A DNA stretch of 63,707 nt. It comes from Gammaproteobacteria bacterium. Its GTDB lineage: Bacteria > Pseudomonadota > Gammaproteobacteria > Steroidobacterales > UBA11654. Positions 1-10,543 of the stretch are shown one piece after another. Numbering within the stretch: the first letter of the stretch is position 1; each line of letters opens with the position of its first letter. The stretch is from NCBI GenBank assembly GCA_029941465.1, contig JAPYQN010000001.1, positions 1 through 63,707 on the forward strand, written 5' to 3'. Below the pieces are notes generated by a model, which saw nothing but the letters and a program-made list of their open reading frames with translations, did not search any database and was not told the origin of the DNA. A program made the position numbers and the translations under genes.

Positions 1-104
1 GAAGCTGAACCTGAAGCAGTTGAAGAAGAAACTCCTGCTGAGGAACCTGAAGCTGAAACCGAAGCTGAACCTGAAGCAGTTGAAGAAGAAACTCCTGCTG
101 AGGA
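1..104 (+). repeat. Direct tandem repeat with a 60-bp period, in frame inside the acidic tail
   Basis: Bases 1-44 are identical to bases 61-104 (gaagctgaacctgaagcagttgaagaagaaactcctgctgagga). The copies diverge at base 45 versus 105. The repeat may continue upstream of the window. Confidence 0.9.
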
Positions 105-135
105 TTCAAAGAAAAATAAGGATGAGTCCGCTTAA
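1..135 (+). CDS. rpsP: 3' end of a CDS entering from the left edge. It has a very acidic Glu/Pro/Ala-rich C-terminal tail and is probably 30S ribosomal protein S16 with a C-terminal extension.
   Basis: Frame 1 is open from base 1 to TAA at 133-135 (...EAEPEAVEEETPAEDSKKNKDESA*). It lies directly upstream of rimM-trmD-rplS, the position of rpsP in the conserved operon. The identity rests on synteny only, because the S16 core is outside the window. Confidence 0.5.
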   Translation, partial: EAEPEAVEEETPAEEPEAETEAEPEAVEEETPAEDSKKNKDESA

Positions 136-183
136 ACAAGCACAGATCCAGGCTAAACTAAAACATGATTTCTTAGTTTTGTC

Positions 184-696
184 ATGAAAAGTGGTAAAAA
201 GATTCTTGTTGGTAAAATTTCAAATCCTCATGGCATCAAAGGATGGGTAAAGGTTATTTCCTTTACTGACCCAATAGAAAATATTCTCTCTTATAAAAAA
301 TGGACACTTTCTGATAACGAAATAGAAAAAACTTGTCAACTAGAAGACTCTAGAATTCAAGGAAATAAAATTGTTATAAAACTAGAGGGTGTTAATGATA
401 GAGATGATGCTGATTTACTAAAAAATTTACAAATAAAAGTTAATAGATTTGATTTACCAAAACTCGATGAAAATTCTTATTATTGGGGAGATCTAATAGA
501 TTTCAATGTAATCGATACTAAAGGTAAGCATGTTGGTAAAGTTGATTCTCTGTTTAGCACAGGGTCAAATGACGTTCTAGTTATCATTGATGAAGCTAAA
601 GAAAGATTATTAGTACCCTTCATTATGGAAGAAGTTATAAAGTGTGTTGATTTAGCTAAAGAACTTATATCAATTGATTGGCCAGACTATGAGTGA
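184..696 (+). CDS. rimM: 16S rRNA processing protein RimM
   Basis: 170-aa ORF with the N-terminal KISNPHGIKGWVKV-type RimM motif and a C-terminal PRC-barrel-like region. It sits between the rpsP position and trmD. Confidence 0.88.
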   Translation: MKSGKKILVGKISNPHGIKGWVKVISFTDPIENILSYKKWTLSDNEIEKTCQLEDSRIQGNKIVIKLEGVNDRDDADLLKNLQIKVNRFDLPKLDENSYYWGDLIDFNVIDTKGKHVGKVDSLFSTGSNDVLVIIDEAKERLLVPFIMEEVIKCVDLAKELISIDWPDYE

Positions 697-699
697 GAA

Positions 700-1443
700 A
701 TGAAATTTAATATAATTACAATCTTTCCAGATCAATTAATGCAAACACTTCAGTTTGGAGTTATTGGGAGAGCTATAGAAAATAGAACCATTGAGTTAAA
801 TTTTATTGATCCAAGAGAATTTTCTGATAATGACTACGGCTCCATAGATGATAAAGCCTATGGAGGGGGACCTGGAATGGTTATGCAAGTGGAACCAATA
901 TTATCCTCTATTGAGAAGATAAAAAAAGAGAGTAAAAATAATATCCAAACAGTTTTTCTTACACCTCAAGGAGAACAATACACACAAAAACAGGCTGAAC
1001 TGTTTATGAAATATAATGAAATTATAATAGTTTCAGGTCGCTATGAAGGATTTGATGAAAGGCTTCTGGATCTTACAGAAAATGCAGTTGAGATATCCAT
1101 AGGAGATTATGTTTTATCTGGTGGTGAAATAGCAGCTTCTGTAATTATTGATTCTATAACTAGATTAATACCTGGTGTTTTAGGGGATGACCAATCTGCA
1201 GTGGAAGAATCGTTTACTTCAGGACTTTTAGATCATCCACACTACACAAGACCTGAAATTGTTAGAAATAAAGAAGTGCCCAATGTTCTTCTTAGTGGAA
1301 ATCATAAAGCCATAAAACGCTGGCGACTAAAACAATCTATTATGAAAACTTTTAAGAAGCGACCAGATTTACTAAAGAAACGAAAGTTAAGCAAGGAAGA
1401 ACAACTACTGCTTGATGAATATTTAGATGAATTAGATGAATAA
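700..1443 (+). CDS. trmD: tRNA (guanine37-N1)-methyltransferase TrmD
   Basis: 247 aa with TrmD/SPOUT motifs RYEGFDERL, GDYVLSGGE and HPHYTRP. It starts 3 nt after rimM. Confidence 0.95.
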   Translation: MKFNIITIFPDQLMQTLQFGVIGRAIENRTIELNFIDPREFSDNDYGSIDDKAYGGGPGMVMQVEPILSSIEKIKKESKNNIQTVFLTPQGEQYTQKQAELFMKYNEIIIVSGRYEGFDERLLDLTENAVEISIGDYVLSGGEIAASVIIDSITRLIPGVLGDDQSAVEESFTSGLLDHPHYTRPEIVRNKEVPNVLLSGNHKAIKRWRLKQSIMKTFKKRPDLLKKRKLSKEEQLLLDEYLDELDE

Positions 1444-1499
1444 GAATTAACATCTAGTTTAGATTAATATACAATTCAGGCCTTGTTTTAAAGGAATCA

Positions 1500-1847
1500 G
1501 TGGAAATGAACATTATTGAGCAAATTGAAAAAGAACAACTAAGAGATGATATCCCAGAATTCAGTCCTGGCGACACTGTTGCTGTTCAGGTCAGAATAAA
1601 AGAAGGGACTAGAGAGCGACTTCAAATTTTTGAAGGCGTTGTTATTGCTAAAAAGAATAGAGGATTAAATTCAGCTTTTACAGTACGAAAAATTTCTAAT
1701 GGTGAAGGGGTTGAAAGAGTCTTTCAAACACACAGTAAGTTAATCACTGAAATTAAAGTCAAACGAAGAGGTGATGTCAGACGTGCAAAACTATATTACC
1801 TTAGAGAAAGAAGTGGTAAATCTGCACGAATCAAAGAGAAAGTCTAG
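1500..1847 (+). CDS. rplS: 50S ribosomal protein L19
   Basis: L19 signature is present ([39 protein letters not shown]). The start is either GTG at 1500 (5 nt after AAGGA) or ATG at 1506. Confidence 0.95.
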   Translation: MEMNIIEQIEKEQLRDDIPEFSPGDTVAVQVRIKEGTRERLQIFEGVVIAKKNRGLNSAFTVRKISNGEGVERVFQTHSKLITEIKVKRRGDVRRAKLYYLRERSGKSARIKEKV

Positions 1848-1859
1848 AAAATATAGACA

Positions 1860-2978
1860 GTGATATACAAACAAGTAACAACTCTTTTCTCTTTTTTATC
1901 TATATTCTTAGTGTTAAATATCTCAGCATTTGAGATGCCTGAGATTGATCTTCCTGATGGTTTTCAAATTAATGTGTTAACTGATAAAGTTCCAAATGCA
2001 CGATCAATGACCCTCGGAGATGAAATGATTTTTGTTTCAACTCGATCAGAAGGAAAAATATACGCAATAACCAATTATCAGGATAATCCCAAAGTGTTTG
2101 TACTGGCTTCAGGACTATATATGCCTAATGGGGTAGCATTTCATGAAAATAACTTATATGTCGCAGAAATACACCGTGTATTGAAGTTTGAGAATATCGA
2201 AGAGTCATTAAATAACTTAATTCAAAGCAATGATTTCAATGCAAACTCTCTAAGTTACTCAGTTATTAGTAGTTACCCTAAAGATAGGCATCATGGATGG
2301 AGGTATATTATTGTTGGCCCTGATGAAAAATTATATATACCAATTGGAGCACCATGCAATGTTTGTGATGAGCCTGGCTACGGCGTGATTACAAGAATGA
2401 ATCTTGATGGATCAGGAAAAGAGACAATAGCCACTGGTATTAGAAACACTGTAGGCATGACTTTTCATCCACACACAAATGACCTTTGGTTCACTGATAA
2501 TGGCCGAGATATGTTAGGAGACGATATACCTCCTGGTGAACTCAATAAAGTATCTTTTAAAGGAGAACATTTTGGTTTCCCTTTTTGCCATGGTTCAGAC
2601 ATAGTAGATCCAGAATACGGATCTTTAGGAAGTTGTAGTGACATAACAGCTCCTGTCCAAGAACTCGATGCACATGTTGCACCACTTGGATTAAAATTTT
2701 ATACAGGAACAATGTTCCCAAAAGATTATCATAACCAAATATTTATACCTGAACATGGTTCATGGAATAGATCTGAAAAGAGCGGTTACCGAATCACTTT
2801 GGTGAAATTAGATCAGGATCAGGCAATTTCTTATGAGACCTTTGCATCAGGTTGGCTTAAGGATGAGCAATCACTGGGGAGACCAGCTGACTTGTTAATT
2901 TTACCAGACGGATCGATGCTATTAAGCGATGATCAAAACGGTGTGATCTATAAAATTACCTATAATCAAAACAATTAG
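1860..2978 (+). CDS. Exported PQQ-dependent sugar (glucose/sorbosone) dehydrogenase family protein
   Basis: 372 aa with a GTG start and an N-terminal hydrophobic signal-like segment. Beta-propeller GSDH-like motifs are present: LWFTDNGRD, GDDIPPGELN and HFGFPFCHG. Confidence 0.6.
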   Translation: MIYKQVTTLFSFLSIFLVLNISAFEMPEIDLPDGFQINVLTDKVPNARSMTLGDEMIFVSTRSEGKIYAITNYQDNPKVFVLASGLYMPNGVAFHENNLYVAEIHRVLKFENIEESLNNLIQSNDFNANSLSYSVISSYPKDRHHGWRYIIVGPDEKLYIPIGAPCNVCDEPGYGVITRMNLDGSGKETIATGIRNTVGMTFHPHTNDLWFTDNGRDMLGDDIPPGELNKVSFKGEHFGFPFCHGSDIVDPEYGSLGSCSDITAPVQELDAHVAPLGLKFYTGTMFPKDYHNQIFIPEHGSWNRSEKSGYRITLVKLDQDQAISYETFASGWLKDEQSLGRPADLLILPDGSMLLSDDQNGVIYKITYNQNN

Positions 2979-2983
2979 GAGTA

Positions 2984-4828
2984 GTGATGAAAATAAAATC
3001 AATGATGAGCAAATTTGGTAAATTTTTGGATGCCACAGGTTTATTTGCAAAACGGTTAGTGGTTTTTATTATTCTTCTAATTTTTTTAGGTGCTTTATTT
3101 TCATCTGGATCAGGGGACCAACAAACTGAAATACTTGACGGCTCAATTCTAAGTCTTGATCTTAAGGGGTATTTGGTTGAAGAAAAAACACAATCTGAGT
3201 TTGAAGCAGCTATTGCTGAATTTAGTGGAGAATTAAGTAACGAAACACTTGTTTCTGATGTTATCAATGCCATTGAAATGGCAAAAGATGATGAATCAAT
3301 ATCATTTCTCCTCTTGGAAATGGATGATTTCCTTGGTGGAAGCCCTACTAAGCTTCAAAATATTGCTAATGCTATTAGAGATTTTAAAGAAACAGAAAAA
3401 AAAGTTATTGCCTATAGTGGCTATGGGTACAATACACCCCAATATTATTTAGCCTCACTCGCGGATGAGGTTCATATGCATGATTATGCAGCGATTTTCA
3501 TCACTGGGTACGGATCTTATCGAACATACTATAAATCCTTCTTTGATAAATTTTATATTGATTCGAATGTATTTAAAGTAGGAGAGTATAAAGCCTTCGT
3601 TGAACCCTATTTCAGAGACAACATGTCAGCAGAATCTAAAAATAACCTTATCGAATGGATTTCTGTTTTATGGTCTAGTTATCTCGGAGAAGTTGCTTCT
3701 GCTAGAGGGATTGAAATTGAAACCCTAGAAAAATATATTCAATCCTTAGACGAGGTAGCAGATGAATCTAACGATGATCTAGCGGTTGCATCTTTAGATA
3801 TGGGTCTAATAGATAAGCTTAGCAATAAACGCGAATTTAGAGATTACCTGTACTCATTGGCTCCAGGTGAAGAAGGCAATGAAATTAATATTGTCGGCAG
3901 GAATGATTATCTGAATATCTCTCAAATAGAGTATGAGTATCAGACCGAAGAAGAAAATGTTGGGCTAATTATTGCAACGGGAAGTATTGTTGATGGATCA
4001 GCAGGACCTGGAAGTATTGCTGGTGACGATTTCATAAAACTCATAAGAGATGCCTACGAAGATGAATCAATTAAAGCTTTAGTTTTAAGAGTTGATAGTG
4101 GTGGTGGAAGTGCGTACGCATCTGAAGTTATTGCTGATGAGCTAGAAAAATTTAAATCATCTGGACGTCCAATTGTTGCCTCTATGGGTGGTGTTGCAGC
4201 CTCAGGAGGATATTATATTTCTGCTCCAGCTAACCAGATCTTTGCAGAACCTCATACAATTACAGGGTCAATAGGAGTTGGTGGTTTTATCCCTACTTTT
4301 GAAAGAGCTCTTGACCAAATCGGTATCCATGAGGACGGCTATTCAACAGTTGACACAACCACGTCACTGGCAAAGACATTGACAGAGAAAGACAAAAAAA
4401 TAATGCAAAGTGGAACTGATCTAGTCTATAAAAAATTTATAACCAAAGTCGGTGAGAATAGAAACATGACTATAGATGACGTTGATAAGATTGCCAGAGG
4501 TAAAGTATGGATTGGTCAGAAAGCTTTGGAAATAGGTTTAGTGGATCAATTGGGCACACTTGCTGAAGCTATTGATAAAGCAGCAGAATTAGCTGAACTA
4601 GAAAAAGACACATTTGGTGTTAAGACCATTGACAGAGAAAGCCAATTTGAGAGAATATTTGGGATCCCTATAGCTAAAACTGTTATTGGAATAATGAAGA
4701 TCATGGGTATAAATTTAAACAATTCTAATCTAAAAGTGCTTAATAATTTTAGTAATAGCATGGACGAACTTAATTCATATAATGATCCAAGAGGTATTTA
4801 TATGAATTGTTTTTGTGAGTTGAAATAA
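2984..4828 (+). CDS. sppA: Signal peptide peptidase SppA, 67K type (S49 family)
   Basis: 614 aa with an N-terminal TM segment and a duplicated S49 domain. Motifs RVDSGGGSAYASE and SMGGVAASGGYYIS are present. Confidence 0.85.
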   Translation: MMKIKSMMSKFGKFLDATGLFAKRLVVFIILLIFLGALFSSGSGDQQTEILDGSILSLDLKGYLVEEKTQSEFEAAIAEFSGELSNETLVSDVINAIEMAKDDESISFLLLEMDDFLGGSPTKLQNIANAIRDFKETEKKVIAYSGYGYNTPQYYLASLADEVHMHDYAAIFITGYGSYRTYYKSFFDKFYIDSNVFKVGEYKAFVEPYFRDNMSAESKNNLIEWISVLWSSYLGEVASARGIEIETLEKYIQSLDEVADESNDDLAVASLDMGLIDKLSNKREFRDYLYSLAPGEEGNEINIVGRNDYLNISQIEYEYQTEEENVGLIIATGSIVDGSAGPGSIAGDDFIKLIRDAYEDESIKALVLRVDSGGGSAYASEVIADELEKFKSSGRPIVASMGGVAASGGYYISAPANQIFAEPHTITGSIGVGGFIPTFERALDQIGIHEDGYSTVDTTTSLAKTLTEKDKKIMQSGTDLVYKKFITKVGENRNMTIDDVDKIARGKVWIGQKALEIGLVDQLGTLAEAIDKAAELAELEKDTFGVKTIDRESQFERIFGIPIAKTVIGIMKIMGINLNNSNLKVLNNFSNSMDELNSYNDPRGIYMNCFCELK

Positions 4829-4829
4829 A

Positions 4830-5387
4830 TTAGATAAGACCAGCTTCGAGTCTGGCTGCTTCTGACATCATTTCCATACTCCAAGGTGGGTCTAACACTA
4901 GCTCGACATTAACCGTCTGTATTTTAGGTAAAAGTGCAATTCTTTCTTTGATATCCTCGACTAAAACATCAGCCATACCACAGCCGGGGGCTGTTAGTGT
5001 CATATCAACTGACACACAATAGTCATCTTTATCATCTTTTTTAATATCACAGTTATAAATTAAACCAAGGTCAACCACATTAATGGGAATTTCTGGGTCA
5101 TAGACTGTTTTCATTTGTTCCCAAACTTTATTTTCAAAGTCACTATCAGATATATTTGCAGGTATTAAAGGAAGTGGCTCTGGTTCTTTACCAATAGCAT
5201 CAGCATTGGTTCCACTAATTCTAAACATTCCTTCAGAGGTATATACCGTATAAGATCCTCCCATTGCTTGCATTAATTGCACTTCTGTTCCTTTTTTAAG
5301 AGTTTGTTTTTCACCATAAGGAACCGATATAACATCACAATCCCTTGAAAGAGACATCACTTCTTCATTGTCCATATAATTAGTCAT
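4830..5387 (-). CDS. sufT: Fe-S assembly protein SufT (DUF59/MIP18 domain)
   Basis: 185 aa with a C-terminal DUF59 pattern (DPEIPINVVDLGLIY ... TLTAPGCGM). It is the last gene of the suf operon and overlaps the preceding gene by 8 nt. Confidence 0.7.
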   Translation of the reverse strand: MTNYMDNEEVMSLSRDCDVISVPYGEKQTLKKGTEVQLMQAMGGSYTVYTSEGMFRISGTNADAIGKEPEPLPLIPANISDSDFENKVWEQMKTVYDPEIPINVVDLGLIYNCDIKKDDKDDYCVSVDMTLTAPGCGMADVLVEDIKERIALLPKIQTVNVELVLDPPWSMEMMSEAARLEAGLI

Positions 5388-5802
5388 ATTTTAGGTCTTC
5401 TATTAAGTCTTTAGCTGTTTTCCATGGTAGAAGAGCACAATTGATTCTAGAGGGATAATTTACGATTTGATTAAGGCAGGTCACATCTTCTGAAAATACA
5501 TCTAAATCTATATTGCCATTTTTAATGCCATTCATAATATCGTCTATTGTATTAATAGCCTTCTCAATAGATGATTCATTAATGGTTATTGTCATTAATG
5601 AAGCAGAAGCTTTACATATGACACAGCCAACACTTTCAAACATGAGATATAAATTTGATTTATTTTTGGATGAATAAAGAGAGATTTTATCTCCGCATAA
5701 ATGATTGAAGCCCTCTCTAGAAATAAAAACTGTTTGTGGTTTTCCAAAATTATGAGGACGTTGACCGTGTTCTAATATTGTTGTTTGGTAAAGTTTTTCC
5801 AT
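5380..5802 (-). CDS. sufU: SufU-type (NifU/IscU-like) sulfur transfer protein
   Basis: 140 aa. The pattern matches Bacillus-type SufU: LY..I.EH...P.N.G, CGDKISL, GCVICKASASLMT and RINCALLPWKT. Confidence 0.75.
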   Translation of the reverse strand: MEKLYQTTILEHGQRPHNFGKPQTVFISREGFNHLCGDKISLYSSKNKSNLYLMFESVGCVICKASASLMTITINESSIEKAINTIDDIMNGIKNGNIDLDVFSEDVTCLNQIVNYPSRINCALLPWKTAKDLIEDLKYD

Positions 5803-5804
5803 AA

Positions 5805-7040
5805 TTAACTCAACATATTAATTGCCATATCAAGAGCTTCAATCATCACATCAACTTCATCTTTAGTGTTATAAAAACTAAATGACGCTCTAATGGTTCC
5901 TGATATTTTATAGTGATCCATTAAAGGCATTGTACAGTGGTGCCCAGTTCTGACAGCAACAGCTTTTTGATTAAGTATTGTACCAATGTCATGTGGATGT
6001 AACTTTTTAATTATGAATGAAATAATTGCTGACTTATTGTTTGCTGTCCCAATAATTTCAATATTTGGTATAAGTAATAGTTGATTGAGAGCATAGTCAT
6101 GAAGTGCCATCTCATGATTTCGTGCCATATCAAGATCAATGCTACCTAAATAATCAATGGCACTTCTGAGTCCTACAGCACCAGCCATATTTGGGGTTCC
6201 AGCTTCAAATTTATGAGGTAATTCGTTGTAGGTCGTCTCCTCAAATGTAACTTTAAGAATCATTTCACCACCATACTGATAAGGAGTAAGACTTTGCAAA
6301 CATTCTTCTTTACCGTAAAGAACACCAATTCCTGTTGGGCCATATAATTTATGACCAGAAAACACATAAAAATCACAATCAAGTGACTGAACATCAATGT
6401 CCATATGAGCTACAGCTTGTGCGCCATCAATCAACGTGTAAGCATTAACTGACTTAGCCATTTCTATTACTGCTTTTACTGGATTAATGGTTCCTAAGGT
6501 ATTGGAGACATGAACCAGTGATACAAATCGAGTTCTTTTATTAATTAATTGGCTTAAAGCATTTAGATCAATTTCACCATTTGTATTTATTGGAATAACT
6601 TTTAATTTAGCTCCTGTTCTTATGCAAAGTTCCTGCCAAGGAACTATATTCGAATGGTGTTCCATTGTTGTGATGAGAATTTCATCCTCTTTATTGATTT
6701 GTGGTGTTATCGAATTAGCAACTAGATTGATGGATTCAGTAGAACCTTTTGTGAGAATAATTTCATAATCGTGAGCGGCATTAATAAATTGTGCTATTGA
6801 TCGTCTTGATTCTTCATATGCTTCTGTGGCTCTCACACTAAGGCTATGTACCCCGCGGTGAACATTTGAGTGATCTTTTTTGTAATAATTGCTTATTGAC
6901 GTGATAACACTTTTAGGCTTTTGAGTCGAAGCTGCGTTATCAAAATAAATTAATGGTGATCCATTAATCTCTTGATTTAATATAGGGAAGTCACTTCTTA
7001 TTGTTTCTACATCAAACATTTTATTGAATTCTTTATTCAT
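5805..7040 (-). CDS. sufS: Cysteine desulfurase SufS (class V aminotransferase, group II)
   Basis: 411 aa with HHSNIVPWQ, FSGHKLYGPTGIGVLYG (PLP lysine) and RTGHHC (active-site Cys). It overlaps sufD by 4 nt. Confidence 0.9.
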   Translation of the reverse strand: MNKEFNKMFDVETIRSDFPILNQEINGSPLIYFDNAASTQKPKSVITSISNYYKKDHSNVHRGVHSLSVRATEAYEESRRSIAQFINAAHDYEIILTKGSTESINLVANSITPQINKEDEILITTMEHHSNIVPWQELCIRTGAKLKVIPINTNGEIDLNALSQLINKRTRFVSLVHVSNTLGTINPVKAVIEMAKSVNAYTLIDGAQAVAHMDIDVQSLDCDFYVFSGHKLYGPTGIGVLYGKEECLQSLTPYQYGGEMILKVTFEETTYNELPHKFEAGTPNMAGAVGLRSAIDYLGSIDLDMARNHEMALHDYALNQLLLIPNIEIIGTANNKSAIISFIIKKLHPHDIGTILNQKAVAVRTGHHCTMPLMDHYKISGTIRASFSFYNTKDEVDVMIEALDMAINMLS

Positions 7041-8317
7041 GACTGGTTATCGATATATTGGAAATTATTTTGTAGAAGTGTTTTTATTTTTATACTAGTT
7101 ATTTCATTTATTAATTCTTTTATAAATGAACCGATGAGATATTGTTTGGCTGCTATTTCAGGTATACCTCTTGATTGAATGTAAAAGAGTTTTTCTTCAT
7201 CAATAGATCCAGATGTCGCACTGTGCGAGCATTCAGTATCATCATTGTAAATTTCTAAAATAGGTTGAGTTGATATTGTTGCATCATCTGAGATTAATAA
7301 ATTTTTATTCTCCATGAAAGCACTGGTACCTAAAACGTCTTCATTAACTTTTATTTTCCCAAAAAATACACCTTTTGATTGATCATTTAAAACCCCTCTG
7401 ATTTTAATTCTACTTTTAGTCTTATTAGCGTTATGTTCGACTCTTAATTGATTGCCTGAATGATGATCATGAGATGGAGTGAATAGGGCGGAGTAATGAA
7501 ATTCTGATTTTTTACCGTCTAGCTCTGCAAGAGTATTGGTTGTTGATGTTTTAGCACCAAAATCCCATGAAAAGCAATTAACCTTACTATTTTCTGCCAT
7601 TTGAGCAGTTTGTGTTGATAGAAAGTGAGTATCTTTTTGTTGTTCAATTAGCTTATAAAATTCTAAATTAGAATCTGCCTCACAAAAGATTGTCATAAGA
7701 TGACTAATCACGGATTGAGTTGAAGACTTGACGTGTTCAAAAATTTTTAAGGAACTATTTTCTGCTACATGTATATGGACTCTAGGTGCAATAATTGAAT
7801 CATAGTGAGAATGATTGATAATATGAATTTCAGTATCAACTTTCTGATTTTGTAGAGTTTTTATTAATAAAGTATCTGAGAATATTATGGAATTCATATC
7901 AGATAAAAAAGACCTTTGAGGGTTTATATCTGATTTAAATAAATTTTTAAAAATATCTTTATCATGAGTTTTACTAAATATCTTAATATGATTTGGTAAA
8001 TCAGATGATGCAAAGTATTGACCATTATGAAAATGAATACAGATTGCATCCTTATCAGACACAATATTTTTATCTGGTAGTTCCTTAGGATCAATTCTAT
8101 TCAATACTTCTCTGTTAAATAGCAATTCCAGTAGAGAGTCAATCTTGGTGTACTTCCATTCATTATCAGTGACACTAGGAATATTATGTTCCTTAAACCG
8201 ATCCAATGATTTTTGTTTAAAATCCTGAAACCAAACTGGATATTCTGATGACAATGATAGATTGAGATCCAATTTACTATTATCAAAGAGAGATTTTATT
8301 TTTTTTGAATTAACCAT
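7037..8317 (-). CDS. sufD: Fe-S cluster assembly protein SufD
   Basis: 426 aa with a SufB/SufD-family C-terminal region (CSHSATSGSIDEEKLFYIQSRGI). It lies between sufC and sufS. The ATG at 8317 overlaps the sufC 3' end by 22 nt. Confidence 0.85.
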   Translation of the reverse strand: MVNSKKIKSLFDNSKLDLNLSLSSEYPVWFQDFKQKSLDRFKEHNIPSVTDNEWKYTKIDSLLELLFNREVLNRIDPKELPDKNIVSDKDAICIHFHNGQYFASSDLPNHIKIFSKTHDKDIFKNLFKSDINPQRSFLSDMNSIIFSDTLLIKTLQNQKVDTEIHIINHSHYDSIIAPRVHIHVAENSSLKIFEHVKSSTQSVISHLMTIFCEADSNLEFYKLIEQQKDTHFLSTQTAQMAENSKVNCFSWDFGAKTSTTNTLAELDGKKSEFHYSALFTPSHDHHSGNQLRVEHNANKTKSRIKIRGVLNDQSKGVFFGKIKVNEDVLGTSAFMENKNLLISDDATISTQPILEIYNDDTECSHSATSGSIDEEKLFYIQSRGIPEIAAKQYLIGSFIKELINEITSIKIKTLLQNNFQYIDNQS

Positions 8318-9063
8318 TCATAACCTTTCTTTTCTAGTTCATTTGCTAATTCTAGATTTCCTGTTTTTATGATTTTTCCATCGAAGAAAACGTGAACATA
8401 GTCTGGGACAAGATAGTTTAGAAGTCGTTCATAGTGGGTAATAATAATAGTTGATGAATCTTCGCTTCGTGATGAATTTACTCCTCTTGCTACCACTTTC
8501 ATTGAATCAATATCTAGTCCTGAGTCTGTTTCATCAAGTATTGATAATTTTGGATTTAACATAAGCATTTGCATAATTTCATTTCTTTTCTTCTCGCCAC
8601 CTGAGAATCCTTCGTTTACGCCTCGTGAGAGAAAGCTTTGATCCAAGCCCAATTGGTCAGCTGTGCTTTTAAGTTGTAATAAAAAATCATGAGCAGATAT
8701 ATCTTCTAGATCATAAAATTTTCTTTGGGCATTAATAGCTGCTTTTAAAAATGCAGTATTTGATAATCCAGGAATCTCAATAGGGTATTGAAAACCTAGA
8801 AATAGTCCAAGATTAGATCGTTCATTAACAGACATCGATGACAGGTCTTTATTTAGAAATTTAATTTTACCGCTTGTAATAAGGTAATCTGGATGTCCAG
8901 CAACTGTCTTAGCTAATGTGCTCTTTCCTGATCCATTTGGCCCCATAATTGCATGTGTCTCACCTTTTTTAACTGTGAGGTTTAATCCGTTTAGAATCTG
9001 GTTACCATCTGTAGAAACAGAGAGATCTCTGATTTTTAAAATGATTTTATCTTCAATGCTCAT
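8296..9063 (-). CDS. sufC: Fe-S cluster assembly ATPase SufC
   Basis: 255 aa with Walker A GPNGSGKST, ABC signature FSGGEKKR and Walker B ILDETDSGLD. Confidence 0.95.
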   Translation of the reverse strand: MSIEDKIILKIRDLSVSTDGNQILNGLNLTVKKGETHAIMGPNGSGKSTLAKTVAGHPDYLITSGKIKFLNKDLSSMSVNERSNLGLFLGFQYPIEIPGLSNTAFLKAAINAQRKFYDLEDISAHDFLLQLKSTADQLGLDQSFLSRGVNEGFSGGEKKRNEIMQMLMLNPKLSILDETDSGLDIDSMKVVARGVNSSRSEDSSTIIITHYERLLNYLVPDYVHVFFDGKIIKTGNLELANELEKKGYEWLIQKK

Positions 9064-9085
9064 CTCTTTTAATGGCTAGCAATTA

Positions 9086-10534
9086 CTAGCCAATCGCTCC
9101 CTCTAAATTGACTTGTAGAAGCGCTCTCGCCTCGACAGCAAATTCCATTGGTAATTCTCTAAGTACCTCTTTACAAAAGCCACTAACAATTAGTCCAATA
9201 GCATCTTCTTCATTTATCCCTCTTTGTTGGCAATAAAACAGTTGATCATCTGAAATCTTTGAAGTTGTTGCTTCATGTTCTAAAACTGATGTAGAATTCT
9301 TGACATTGATTGACGGGAAGGTATGTGCGCCGGATTTATTTCCGATTAATAATGAATCACATTGAGTATAGTTTCGTGAATCTGAAGCACCTTTAGCCAT
9401 TGATACTAAACCTCTGTAGGTGTTTTGAGATTGTTTTGCTGAGATACCTTTGCTAATAATTTTACTTTTTGTATTTTTACCTAAATGGATCATCTTAGTT
9501 CCTGTATCAGCTTGTTGTAGATTGTTTGTAAGAGCGATTGAATGAAATTCACCTTTGGAATTTTCTCCTCTTAGAATGCAACTTGGGTATTTCCAAGTTA
9601 TGGCAGAACCTGTTTCAATCTGAGTCCATGAAATTTTAGAATTATTACCTCTACAATCACCACGTTTAGTAACAAAATTATAAATACCACCTCTACCTTG
9701 TTCGTCTCCTGGGTACCAGTTTTGAACAGTGGAATATTTAATTTCAGCATTATTAAGTGTTATTAACTCAACCACAGCCGCATGCAGTTGATTCTCATCC
9801 CTCATTGGTGCTGTACAGCCTTCAAGATAGCTTACGTAGCTGTCTTCATCAGCAATGATTAATGTTCTTTCAAACTGCCCAGTTTTAGCTTCATTGATTC
9901 TAAAATAGGTGGATAATTCCATTGGGCATCTAACACCTTTTGGGATATAGACAAATGTACCATCAGAGAAGACTGCTGCGTTAAGAGCAGCAAAAAAGTT
10001 ATCACGATAAGGAACAACTTTGCCTAAATATTTTTTTATCAATTGAGGATGATCTTGAACAGCCTCAGAAAAAGAACAAAAGATTACACCTGCCTCAGCT
10101 AACTTATCTTTGAAAGTAGTTATCACAGAAACACTATCAAACACAGCATCAACCGCAACTCCTGCAAGTTGTGCTCTTTCATGTAGAGGGATGCCAAGTT
10201 TTTCATATGTTTCTAATAATTTTGGATCAACTTCATCAAGTGATTTTGGAGCATTTGTTTGTTTGGGTTGAGAAAAGTAAGAGATTGACTGATAGTCAAT
10301 TGGATTAATATTTAATTGGCTCCACTCTGGAGTTTTTAAGGTTTTCCAATACGCAAATGCTTTTAATCGCCAATTTAATAAAAACTCAGGCTCATTTTTC
10401 TTAGATGAAATTATACGAATTACATCCTCATTAATTCCTGGTGGAAGTGTTTCAGAATCAATTTCTGTGGTGAATCCAAATTCATAGTTTTTATCTAAAA
10501 ACTCATTTATTTCTTTATTTTGCTGAGTAGTCAT
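9086..10534 (-). CDS. sufB: Fe-S cluster assembly scaffold SufB
   Basis: 482 aa with highly conserved SufB blocks ([34 protein letters not shown]). Confidence 0.95.
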   Translation of the reverse strand: MTTQQNKEINEFLDKNYEFGFTTEIDSETLPPGINEDVIRIISSKKNEPEFLLNWRLKAFAYWKTLKTPEWSQLNINPIDYQSISYFSQPKQTNAPKSLDEVDPKLLETYEKLGIPLHERAQLAGVAVDAVFDSVSVITTFKDKLAEAGVIFCSFSEAVQDHPQLIKKYLGKVVPYRDNFFAALNAAVFSDGTFVYIPKGVRCPMELSTYFRINEAKTGQFERTLIIADEDSYVSYLEGCTAPMRDENQLHAAVVELITLNNAEIKYSTVQNWYPGDEQGRGGIYNFVTKRGDCRGNNSKISWTQIETGSAITWKYPSCILRGENSKGEFHSIALTNNLQQADTGTKMIHLGKNTKSKIISKGISAKQSQNTYRGLVSMAKGASDSRNYTQCDSLLIGNKSGAHTFPSINVKNSTSVLEHEATTSKISDDQLFYCQQRGINEEDAIGLIVSGFCKEVLRELPMEFAVEARALLQVNLEGAIG

Positions 10535-10543
10535 TTTGAATAA

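Noticed and set aside
158-182. A weak A/T-only hairpin (AAACTAA ... TTAGTTT) between the first CDS and rimM, considered as an attenuator or terminator.
   Set aside because: The 7-bp all-A/T stem has negligible stability and no T-tract context. The genes are expected to be co-transcribed.
8299-8306. An A8/T8 homopolymer inside the 22-nt sufC/sufD overlap, considered as a possible slippage or fusion site.
   Set aside because: Both reading frames are intact and give normal SufC C-terminal and SufD N-terminal sequences. Homopolymeric A/T runs of this length are common in this genome.
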